56,013 bases of DNA from an uncultured Candidatus Bathyarchaeia archaeon (lineage in GTDB: Archaea > Thermoproteota > Bathyarchaeia > Bathyarchaeales > Bathyarchaeaceae), in assembly GCA_964556565.1 (NCBI GenBank), contig CAZKWF010000002.1, positions 107,499 through 163,511 on the forward strand. Reading direction: 5' to 3'. The position numbers and the translations under genes are program-made. The notes under the pieces were generated by a model, which was given only the letters and a program-made list of their open reading frames with translations, did no database searches and had not been told where the DNA came from. Within the stretch, counting starts at the first letter, position 1. Each line of letters starts with the position of its first letter. Below, piece after piece: positions 19,220-27,620 of the stretch.

Positions 19220-19975
19220 TCAGAGCCTCTTTTGCATGGTATGTTCATGAACCTTCACAGCCGTGACTAGAAAGACGATTGCGAATGCTACAAGAACTGT
19301 AAGGTCAAGCTCAATTGGATAGTAACTAATGCCTTGTATGGAATATCTTGCCAAGTCTGTGAAATATGTTAGAGGAGAAATCGAAGAGATTGTTTTGCCC
19401 CATAAGGGCAGTTGCTCTATTGGAATGAAAACTCCGCTTATGAAAATTAGTGGGAATTTGACCATTGATGACAACATCATTACGCCGGCTGGGGTATCCG
19501 TGGGAGGATAGGCGGATAATAGTATACTGAATGATGCGAAACAGAATGTTCCGAGAATAATTCCAAGTCCTAGAATCAAGGGATTTGAAATTTCGACACC
19601 AATGAACAAGCTAACGATTACAGGAAATACAGAAACAAGGGCTCCGAAAAGGAATGACGAAAGCACGTCGCCGAAGAAGATTGCCCAGATGGAAATGGGA
19701 GAGGATATAAGTCTTTCCAAAGTTTTTGCTCTTGCCTCCCATGGAACGATTGCAGGTCCAACTGAAGTAGCCGTGAAAAAGGCGGTCATTCCAAGCATTC
19801 CTGGTACAAGAGCTTCAGCAGGCATGTTTCGCCCGATGTAGAATGACAGAAAAAGAAAGAAGGGAACTAGAAGGCCAAAAATGACGACTGGGCCTTTTGA
19901 ATAATAGATGCGTATATTCTTTTTGACGATGGCAAAAGACCGCTTGAACTGTTCCCAATAGCGACTATTTTCCAT
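19220..19975 (-). CDS. ABC-2 type transporter permease
   Basis: Six TM segments; TLERLISSPIS, FISGVFIPIEQLP, SPLTYFTDLAR. Confidence 0.9.
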   Translation of the reverse strand: MENSRYWEQFKRSFAIVKKNIRIYYSKGPVVIFGLLVPFFLFLSFYIGRNMPAEALVPGMLGMTAFFTATSVGPAIVPWEARAKTLERLISSPISIWAIFFGDVLSSFLFGALVSVFPVIVSLFIGVEISNPLILGLGIILGTFCFASFSILLSAYPPTDTPAGVMMLSSMVKFPLIFISGVFIPIEQLPLWGKTISSISPLTYFTDLARYSIQGISYYPIELDLTVLVAFAIVFLVTAVKVHEHTMQKRL

Positions 19976-19990
19976 TAGAATGTCGCCACC

Positions 19991-20920
19991 TTAACTTTCC
20001 CTCACAAGTTTGAGAAACACATCTTCCAAAGTGGGTGCAAGTGTGTTAAGGGAAACAATTTCAAGTCTTTTTGAACGTGCAAAATCAACCAGCTTATCTA
20101 GTACTACACTGGGCTCGTCCACGTAGAGTCTTATCTTATCTCCCACCTTTTTTGCTTCCTTTACACCTTGAAACTTCGACAAATCTTCAACGTTTACTGC
20201 TTTGTCAAAGCTAACTTCAATCGATTGTAGTCCACTACTTCGTAATCGAAGCTTTTCTGGGCTATCAATCGCTGCGATTTTACCGTGGTTGATGATCGCT
20301 ATTCTGTCGCAAAGCTCGTTGGCTTCTGCCATGTTGTGCGTTGTCAAGAACACGGTTGCTCCATTTTTACTGAATTCTCGAATCATATCTTTTATTAGTC
20401 GTTGGCTCTCCACATCCAAGCCAAGGGTTGGCTCGTCTAAGAAGAGGATTTGAGGTTCACTAATCAATGCCATGCAGAGCAGCAGCTTCTGTTTCATCCC
20501 TCTTGAGAAACCCCTGACAAGGTGTTTCCTTCGCTCATAGAGTCCAAATTCTTCCAGAAGCTTGTTGGCTCTTTTCTCCCTGAGCTTTCTACTAACTCCA
20601 TATAGTTCTCCGATTAGCATAAGGTTGTTCCAAGCTGAGAGGTCCACGTATGCATTCGCCATTTCAGGAACAATTCCCATTAGTTGCCTAGTCTTGAGAC
20701 CCTCTCTAAGAATGTCATAGCCAAAGATCGAGGCTGTACCTTCATCTGGCTTAATTACGCCCGTAAGCATTCGAATTGTAGTAGTCTTACCTGCACCATT
20801 AGGCCCCAAGAAACCAAAAAGCTCTCCTCTCCTAACTTGAAAGTTGATATGGTCAACGGCTACTAGCTCGCCAAAATGTTTCGTCAGGTTTGAAACTTCA
20901 AGTGCATTTTCACTGTTCGT
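19991..20920 (-). CDS. ABC transporter ATP-binding protein (DrrA-like)
   Basis: GPNGAGKTT, FSRGMKQK, FLDEPT. The coding frame continues upstream of 20809 through ALEVSNLTKHFG to an ACG at 20920 that has a GAGGTG Shine-Dalgarno. Confidence 0.9.
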   Translation of the reverse strand, partial: TNSENALEVSNLTKHFGELVAVDHINFQVRRGELFGFLGPNGAGKTTTIRMLTGVIKPDEGTASIFGYDILREGLKTRQLMGIVPEMANAYVDLSAWNNLMLIGELYGVSRKLREKRANKLLEEFGLYERRKHLVRGFSRGMKQKLLLCMALISEPQILFLDEPTLGLDVESQRLIKDMIREFSKNGATVFLTTHNMAEANELCDRIAIINHGKIAAIDSPEKLRLRSSGLQSIEVSFDKAVNVEDLSKFQGVKEAKKVGDKIRLYVDEPSVVLDKLVDFARSKRLEIVSLNTLAPTLEDVFLKLVRES

Positions 20921-21257
20921 GGCTAGGCACCTCTGGCAAATCCGTTAAGAGATTAATTCGGATTTCCTTGGTTTTCAATTTCCAAATCTTTTCAGGAGCA
21001 CCACCCCCGATCTCTCGATATTCAGCTAATTCGATAATGCCCGCCTCTTCCAGTTCGGAAAGATGATAATAGAGCCCTGACCTAGAAAGACTCTCTCCGG
21101 CGTCCTTTAACCCCTCGAAAATTTCATTAGTACTTATTGCCCCGTCCCCTATGAGGCGTATAATCACCCATCTAGTTGGACAATGAAGAGCCCTGAAGTA
21201 CTTCTGAAATTTACCAGACTCCTGTGGACAGCGCCCTTTACATCCGTCGCCGCACAT
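20910..21257 (-). CDS. ArsR-like wHTH regulator with Cys-rich N-terminus
   Basis: RALHCPTRWVII, LSRSGLYYHLSELEEAGII, GGGAPEKIWKL; N-terminus MCGDGCKGRC. Confidence 0.82.
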   Translation of the reverse strand: MCGDGCKGRCPQESGKFQKYFRALHCPTRWVIIRLIGDGAISTNEIFEGLKDAGESLSRSGLYYHLSELEEAGIIELAEYREIGGGAPEKIWKLKTKEIRINLLTDLPEVPSHEQ

Positions 21258-21329
21258 CGAGCTCTCACCTGAATTAACCCTTTGAACTGAAAACCACTTC
21301 CCATGCCACCCGCAAGATGGTTAACGAGT

Positions 21330-21521
21330 TTATGTCTCTTTCAGATGTTTTTCAGCGTAGCTTAGGACGACATCAGCATCTTCGAATTTGCCTTTGGAAA
21401 TCAACTTTCGTGCTTCACTTATGTGTTTTAACGCACAGCCTTTCCGATCATGTTCAAACTCACATTTCTCTTCTTCTTTGCACATGCATGTCCCTTCTTG
21501 GCTATTTGATGATGTTATCAA
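21330..21521 (-). CDS. Small hypothetical Cys/His-containing helical protein
   Basis: Co-oriented ahead of the ArsR-ABC genes; MCKEEEKCEFEHDRKGCALKH. Alternative start at 21485. Confidence 0.5.
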   Translation of the reverse strand: MITSSNSQEGTCMCKEEEKCEFEHDRKGCALKHISEARKLISKGKFEDADVVLSYAEKHLKET

Positions 21522-21569
21522 AAATACTGTAATATTACAGGAATATAAGCTTTTTCAATAACACCCAGA

Positions 21570-21608
21570 CTTGTTTACTGCCACAGGATTAAGAGAAAAG
21601 TAAACAAG
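21570..21608. promoter_or_regulatory. Perfect 10-bp inverted repeat, candidate operator or tRNA terminator
   Basis: CTTGTTTACT-N19-AGTAAACAAG, between the tRNA 3' end and the TATA-like box of the ArsR-ABC unit. Confidence 0.4.
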
Positions 21609-21668
21609 ACAAGCCACATATCTTGGGCTCACCCCAAAATCCCGTTTGAAGTCGTTTTCGGATTGTTT

Positions 21669-21839
21669 TGGCGCCGGGGAAGGGATTTGAACCCTTGAGG
21701 CTCAAAGAGCCACTGGATCTCGACTCTGCCCCTTCTCCTAAGCTTCTATGATAGGAAAAAGGGTGTCCAGCGCATTACCACTCTGCCACCCCATGCTGAG
21801 ACACAATATGTCTTGGCAACGGAGGACTAATACCCCGGC
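21669..21839 (-). tRNA. tRNA-Ser(CGA) with two intervening sequences, CCA encoded
   Basis: Spliced form is GCCGGGG TG GCAGAGTGGTAATGC G CTGGA-CT-CGA-GA-TCCAG, long variable arm GGCTC/GAGCC, AAGGG-TTCAAAT-CCCTT, CCCCGGC G CCA. Intron 21724-21764 (41 nt, position 32/33); insertion 21793-21836 (44 nt, acceptor stem). Confidence 0.9.
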
Positions 21840-21974
21840 CCGTGTCTTTCCCAAACCCTCAAAGCCACTCTACATCTAAAAGCATTTTGTTCCACGCATC
21901 AAGTTCCGACAAACCAAAACAACAAAACAATGCTCACAAAAAAATAGCCAGAAAGCAACTATAACAGAAGCCAT

Positions 21975-22050
21975 GACCCCCCTAGGTAGGGGGTCTAATA
22001 AGAGAGAATGAGAAACTGTAAAAAAATTATAGGGGGGGTCTAAAGAGAGA
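21975..22050. repeat. G-string direct repeat and hairpin upstream of tRNA-Ser
   Basis: TAGGGGGTCTAATAAGAGAGA (21987-22007) and TAGGGGGGGTCTAAAGAGAGA (22030-22050); GACCCCC/GGGGGTC stem at 21975-21995. Confidence 0.5.
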
Positions 22051-22081
22051 GACATACAAATAACGTAATAAAACATAAGCC

Positions 22082-23062
22082 TCAAACAGGCTTAGGCATC
22101 ACCAAATCAGCAATATCAACACTGTTATCATAAATCCGATTCATTAAAGAAGCCACAGCAAGAACATGCGTCGCAACATCAACAGACAAACCACCCATAG
22201 CAGCCTCAACCTCACCAAACACAGATAAAACATTCTCTCTTTCATTCCTAACAGACTCAGCCACCGAAACACTGCGAGAGAACACAGCCCTCAAAGCATT
22301 CTCATGCGCCTCATAAACCAACCCGTGAAAACGCAAAACAAACTGCAACAACTCCTTCGGAAGCTTCACACCCTTCAACTTAACCACCTTACCAGCAATC
22401 TGAACAGAACGATCACCAATCGACTCAACCAAACTAGCCATCAAACGATAATCCAAACAATCAATAGGAAACACACCTAACTTCTCACTCAAACCTGGAT
22501 TCTGAACAACCGTCCGCAAACTACGCACCAAAAGAAAATACAACCGATTAACCTCATTATCCCTCGCAACCACATTCTTAGCCAAATGCACATCACCCTC
22601 AACCAAAGCAGTCACAGCATCCCGATGCATACCAGACGCAATAGAATATTCACGACGAAGAACCTTCCCAGGCGGAAAAGTAGAAAGCTCCAAAAGACAC
22701 TGCATAACAATCTTAGAATAGTCCTCCTCAATAATTTCTAAGCCAACCAAACGAATCGACGCCTGCTTAACACGCTCACGATCAACAGAGCTTATCCTAT
22801 CCTTCGCCTCAACCCGAATAACGTCATACCCCAACAGATACTTCCCAACAATCTCACGATCAAGATACACAGAAGGCTTAATCACCGCCACCTGTGGAGC
22901 ACGCTCCACATCATACTTCGGATCAACACAAAGCCGCCCATCAGCCATCTCAGAAACCGCAACAACGGAACTACGCTGAAGCCCACTTCGCTCAGCCCAC
23001 TCTTTAGGCACACAAACAAAAAAAGTCCCACCACTTGTTTTCTGAACTCTCCGCAAATCCAT
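22082..23062 (-). CDS. phoU: Phosphate uptake regulator, AbrB-like N-domain plus PhoU repeats
   Basis: RRVQKTSGGTFFVCVPKEW, YLLGYDVI, RDNEVNRLYFL, VESIGDRSVQIA. Confidence 0.88.
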   Translation of the reverse strand: MDLRRVQKTSGGTFFVCVPKEWAERSGLQRSSVVAVSEMADGRLCVDPKYDVERAPQVAVIKPSVYLDREIVGKYLLGYDVIRVEAKDRISSVDRERVKQASIRLVGLEIIEEDYSKIVMQCLLELSTFPPGKVLRREYSIASGMHRDAVTALVEGDVHLAKNVVARDNEVNRLYFLLVRSLRTVVQNPGLSEKLGVFPIDCLDYRLMASLVESIGDRSVQIAGKVVKLKGVKLPKELLQFVLRFHGLVYEAHENALRAVFSRSVSVAESVRNERENVLSVFGEVEAAMGGLSVDVATHVLAVASLMNRIYDNSVDIADLVMPKPV

Positions 23063-23329
23063 ATCAAACCCTCAATACGAATATTAACTCATCTGAATAA
23101 TAATCTATTATTAAAAGATAGATGAACAACGTCAGGATTAATAGAAAACATCAAAATAGGCATAGACTTGACGGAATAGAAATCACTAAAAATCATAAAA
23201 GAAGGATTTGACATAATTGACACCCACCCCGCTTCACCCGCAAGGCGTTAAAAATGCCCACAAAAGACTGGCAAAAAATTCAACAGATTTTCATAAGCAT
23301 TGGCTTAGAGGGAGGCTTAAACACGCATA

Positions 23330-23473
23330 TTGGCGCCACATGAAACTGACGCCGTGACTGCAACATCAACTGGACACCTTCACCTAAAAGGAAAAACAGA
23401 GCTAATAAGAGACAATAAAGAAGGCTACATCGTCGTCCCAATAAAGAGTGACTGGAGAGTGCTACAATTATGA
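23330..23473 (+). CDS. 47-aa hypothetical protein translationally coupled to PolD DP1
   Basis: GGGAGG upstream, TTG start, MAPHETDAVTATSTGHLHLKGKTELIRDNKEGYIVVPIKSDWRVLQL. Its TGA overlaps the DP1 ATG (ATGA). Confidence 0.65.
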   Translation: MAPHETDAVTATSTGHLHLKGKTELIRDNKEGYIVVPIKSDWRVLQL

Positions 23474-25017
23474 GCGACAGACTTCAAAGAGCCGTTTCCT
23501 TCACAATAGCCGCAGGATATCAATTAGATAAACAAGCCTTCGATTTTTTAAACACACTCTCCCAAACAGAAGACCCTGTTAAATTAATGGAAGAAGTGGT
23601 CAAAAAAATAAAAAATCTCCCTCAGAAAACTTTGTTCATACAACGAAGCTTTCTAGAAGAGATTGCGGAAAAAACTCTTCCAAAGGTGAAAGAAGAGAAG
23701 CCTAGTTTGCTTACACCTCTGTCGCCAATTCTAGAAGCCAAGAAGGGTTTTCACGCATTTGCAAAAGACATCGACGGAGACATAAAAGTAATAGAAGATC
23801 CAACAGATGAAATATGTGAAACCGGGTCCATTGAAGAATATCTAGAGTATTTCCAAGATCGCTTCCAAAGAACACAGAGGTTTCTAAGAAGAAGAATGGA
23901 CGTTAAAGATGCGACATCAATATCGGAGGCACTCAAATCTTCAGCTAACACAAAGGTGAAGATCATTGGCATGGTCACTGAAAAACGGGAACGCAAACAA
24001 AGGGTATTCTTAACCGTTGAAGACTTGGAAACCAGCGCCACTGTACTTGTATCCCCAAGCACAAGCCAAGAGGTCATAAAAAAGGCACAGATGTTACTAT
24101 TAGACCAAGTTGTTTGCATAAACGCCATCAAAGGAAGAAACGACTTGCTCATTGCAGAAGACATTGTTTGGCCTGACATGCCCAAAAGAAAACCCAACAA
24201 AGCCTCAATACCGGTCTACGCAGCACTCATATCAGACTTGCATATCGGAAGCAAAATGTTTATGCGAGAAGAATTTAGTCGGTTTGTGCTTTGGTTAAAT
24301 GGGAAATTTGGAAATGAAAGTTTGAAGAATCTGGCAAGCCATGTCAAATATGTGGTGGTCGCCGGCGATCTTGTAGATGGGATAGGGGTTTATCCGAGAC
24401 AGTTAGACGAACTGGCGGTAACAGACATCTATGAACAGTATGGAATGGTCTCGAAATTCATTGAACAAATCCCAGATTATATCGAATTGATAATAATACC
24501 TGGAAACCACGACGCGTCTCGGAAGGCATTACCTCAGCCCGCCATACCTAAAGATTACGCAGAGCCACTTCATGAATCTAGGAAAGTATATTCCCTAGGA
24601 AACCCAAGCACTGTGAGGCTTCACGAAGTCGAACTGCTTCTGTATCACGGACGTAGCCTAGATGATATTGTTGCATCCATTCCAAACGTAAGCTTTCAAA
24701 CTCCGGACAAAGCCATGAAATTTCTTCTACAAAGCAGACATTTAGCGCCCGTTTACGGAAAAAAAACGCCTATAGCACCAGAAAAAAAAGACTTCATGGT
24801 CATAGAAAGACCACCAGACATTTTCCACGCTGGACATGTGCATGTGATAAAGTATGACACTTATCGAGGAACACTTATCGTTAACTCGGGGACTTGGCAA
24901 AAGCAGACTGAATTCCAAAAGAAAATGGGGGTTACTCCTAACCCAGGAATCGTTCCAATCGTAAATCTTCAAACATTACAAGTTACACCCATCAATTTTA
25001 CAACATCTTATGCGTGA
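23470..25017 (+). CDS. polD1: DNA polymerase D small subunit DP1 (3'-5' exonuclease)
   Basis: YFQDRF, OB fold, ISDLHIGSK, AGDLVDGIGVYP, PGNHD, YHGRSLDD, FHAGHVH. Confidence 0.96.
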   Translation: MSDRLQRAVSFTIAAGYQLDKQAFDFLNTLSQTEDPVKLMEEVVKKIKNLPQKTLFIQRSFLEEIAEKTLPKVKEEKPSLLTPLSPILEAKKGFHAFAKDIDGDIKVIEDPTDEICETGSIEEYLEYFQDRFQRTQRFLRRRMDVKDATSISEALKSSANTKVKIIGMVTEKRERKQRVFLTVEDLETSATVLVSPSTSQEVIKKAQMLLLDQVVCINAIKGRNDLLIAEDIVWPDMPKRKPNKASIPVYAALISDLHIGSKMFMREEFSRFVLWLNGKFGNESLKNLASHVKYVVVAGDLVDGIGVYPRQLDELAVTDIYEQYGMVSKFIEQIPDYIELIIIPGNHDASRKALPQPAIPKDYAEPLHESRKVYSLGNPSTVRLHEVELLLYHGRSLDDIVASIPNVSFQTPDKAMKFLLQSRHLAPVYGKKTPIAPEKKDFMVIERPPDIFHAGHVHVIKYDTYRGTLIVNSGTWQKQTEFQKKMGVTPNPGIVPIVNLQTLQVTPINFTTSYA

Positions 25018-25174
25018 CAATTTACGTAACAAGTCTATCCACCAGTGAAAATTCACAAATGACTTCTCCACACCTAACAGCTCATAATGCTTCCAGACAA
25101 TTTATGAATTGAACTATGTTTCTCGAAAGCTCTCTGGCGAACTCACCAATCTTAAAACAGCAGTACCTTTATCT

Positions 25175-26422
25175 TTAATGCCTACTCGAAATCTCTGCCA
25201 AGTATTTAGGCGCATACTTGACCAGACGTTCAAGTCTATCATCCGTGGTGAATGACGCTCGAATAATACTACGTGGTATGCTCAGACGAATCTTTTTCGT
25301 ACGCCCGTACCGTCCCATGCTCACAACTCGTGCGTTCAACAACCCTATTACATCCAATTCATTCACTAAACTGCTCACCCGTCTTTGAGTTAACGGTGTA
25401 AGCCCTGACTGACTACAAAGCTCACAGTAAATTTCATAAATATCACCAGTCACCGCACAGCTAATTTTCGCCTTGCCCAACAGATAGACGCTACATAAAA
25501 CGAGTTTTGAGTGAAGTGGAAGGTTCTCCAAAGCTTCCGCAATCCGATCGTGTTCAATCCTCTTTTCCGCCCGCCGTATATGATCCTCTACAACAGCTTC
25601 AGAACCTTCGCGCTCAGCCAACTCACCGGCAACCCGAAGAAGATCCAAAGCTCGCCGTGCATCTCCATGCTCAGCAGCGGCCAACGCGGCACATAGACTC
25701 AGAGCGCCATCAAACAAAACGCCATTATGAAATGCCGGTTGGGCACGGTCTAGAAGGATGTCTCGAAGCTCAGCTGCGTCATATGGCCTAAATACAATCT
25801 CCTCCTCACTTAAAGAACTCAAAACTCTGGGATCAAGAAGCTCTTTGAATCTAAGATCGTTGGAGATTCCCACAATTGAGGCTTTGCTATAACGAAGAGT
25901 TTCGTTTATTCTAGTCAATTCGTAAAGCAGAACATCCCCCCGGGTTTTTATGAGGGCATCAATTTCATCAAGAACAACGATAAAAAGGATTTTACATGAG
26001 TCTAAGCCCGTTTTAAATCGGTCAAAAACTTCTCCCACAGCTAGGCCTGTAAATGGAACCTTCACCTCCAAAGTAGCACATAAACTTGAGAAAATCCTGT
26101 ACTCTGTACTCATTAGTCGACAGTTAATATAGCAGACCTTCACAGGTGCCCCAAGTTCACAAGCCTTATGACCAAGTCTGCTCAACACATATTTTATAAC
26201 CGCGGTTTTTCCTGTGCCTGTTTTTCCATAAACCAAGACGTTAGAGCACCGGAACCCCTTCAAAACAGGGGCACATATTTCACCAAGGTAACGGATCTGC
26301 TCCCTACGATGTGGGAGCGTGTCAGGGATATAGTCATGCCGCAACACTTCTCTGTCTTGAAATATACCGTTGCCTTTCAAAAAATGTTCAAATACCTTAT
26401 CTAGCACAGTAGTTTTACTCAT
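25175..26422 (-). CDS. cdc6: Orc1/Cdc6 replication initiator
   Basis: LRHDYIPDTLPHR, GKTGTGKT, VLDEID, GDARRALDLLR and a C-terminal wHTH (GRYGRTKKI). Confidence 0.97.
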   Translation of the reverse strand: MSKTTVLDKVFEHFLKGNGIFQDREVLRHDYIPDTLPHRREQIRYLGEICAPVLKGFRCSNVLVYGKTGTGKTAVIKYVLSRLGHKACELGAPVKVCYINCRLMSTEYRIFSSLCATLEVKVPFTGLAVGEVFDRFKTGLDSCKILFIVVLDEIDALIKTRGDVLLYELTRINETLRYSKASIVGISNDLRFKELLDPRVLSSLSEEEIVFRPYDAAELRDILLDRAQPAFHNGVLFDGALSLCAALAAAEHGDARRALDLLRVAGELAEREGSEAVVEDHIRRAEKRIEHDRIAEALENLPLHSKLVLCSVYLLGKAKISCAVTGDIYEIYCELCSQSGLTPLTQRRVSSLVNELDVIGLLNARVVSMGRYGRTKKIRLSIPRSIIRASFTTDDRLERLVKYAPKYLAEISSRH

Positions 26423-26469
26423 AACATTGCCCTCAGATGTTAATTCATTGTTGAACGTTCACACCCAGA

Positions 26470-26489
26470 CCCCTACATTTCCTATGGAA
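26470..26489 (-). promoter_or_regulatory. ORB-like box upstream of cdc6
   Basis: Minus strand TTCCATAGGAAATGTAGGGG, a degenerate ORB core plus G-string. Confidence 0.55.
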
Positions 26490-26653
26490 TAGCCTAAAGA
26501 TTTTTAGGAAATATCCTTCCTTTTTTATAAGGAATAGCCCTCCAACGGTTAGGTATCATTTTTTTATTTAATAATTATGATAAAACACTTTGAAGTGTTT
26601 ATACAGACTTTTTGGTTAAACATCATCTACTCCCTTTTCAACGGACTTGGCCG

Positions 26654-26923
26654 TCCAGTGGAAACTTAGGGGTTGGCGTCAAAGAAATAACCATGCTTGT
26701 TAGCAATTTTAAGTATGATGTACGCAACCATTCTTATTAAGTCGAAGTACGCTTTTATTAACACGTTAGATTGAACGAGCTGTTTACCTGTTGAACACTT
26801 AACTTTTTGTGAACCATTGTAGAATTGGTTCTTTTATTATTCTACTAAACGTCCTGTTTCATCAAAATTTACCTTTTTCTGTCCTGTGACGTGTAAAGAG
26901 CTGACCCCTAGTCTTCCACTGGA
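26654..26923. other. Replication origin oriC (inverted ORBs flanking AT-rich DUE)
   Basis: ORB1 TCCAGTGGAAACTTAGGGG (26654-26672, +) and ORB2 TCCAGTGGAAGACTAGGGG (26923-26905, -) flank an AT-rich spacer of about 230 bp next to cdc6. Confidence 0.88.
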
Positions 26924-27120
26924 GAATTAAGGTTACTGCGCTCTTTGCGTCCATTTTACAAACATCGGTCTTTGTGAAGTCTGTGAATCTAAAAAGATGC
27001 AAATTGCGTTTATTTTTCAATTTTAAGACATAATTACCCTTTTTACCCTTTCAACGTTCACCGTAACTTCTATAACCTGTGATGTGTTAAATTGTAAAGA
27101 GTTTTGTTTGGTGCTTAGGG

Positions 27121-27546
27121 ATGCCTGCAAGGAAAATGCGAGTGGAGGTCTTCGACGAAAATGGAAATCGTTATACGATAACCTTTGCGGGTCATATTAC
27201 TAGAGACAAGGCTCTTCGTTTACTAGATGTTGTTGAATTACTCGGTGGCATGCCTGGGCTTAACCCTGGCGTGGGTGACTTTCCTTCGGAGTTGTCCAAA
27301 TTTGATAAGGTTCGCTTGATTGTTGAGAAGAGTTTTCCAATTGCGTGGTTTTCTTCTAAAGACGTTCAATCTACATATGAACAAGAGTTTAAAACCCCCA
27401 TCAGCTTGAGCACAGTCTCCACATATCTGTCTCGGATGGCCCAGCGTGGCGTCCTTGCAAACAGAAGTATGTCGAACCGCAAACGTTATCGGCGGATGAC
27501 TAAAATGCCACAGAGCGCATTAAATTACATGAAAGGTGATAAATAA
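27121..27546 (+). CDS. Hypothetical protein with C-terminal winged-HTH
   Basis: Small beta-beta-alpha N-domain, Gly/Pro linker, then FSSKDVQSTYEQEF..ISLSTVSTYLSRMAQRGVL. First gene right of oriC. Confidence 0.8.
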   Translation: MPARKMRVEVFDENGNRYTITFAGHITRDKALRLLDVVELLGGMPGLNPGVGDFPSELSKFDKVRLIVEKSFPIAWFSSKDVQSTYEQEFKTPISLSTVSTYLSRMAQRGVLANRSMSNRKRYRRMTKMPQSALNYMKGDK

Positions 27547-27620
27547 CAATCAATTTTAAAAATGCTGGATGTTTCAGTTCCGGATTGTATACAAGCTTTA
27601 TTTCTTACGGAGGGAGCTGA

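Noticed and set aside
21300-21700. Integrative element at the tRNA-Ser 3' end
   Set aside because: No integrase and no duplicated tRNA 3' end (att site) found in the window.
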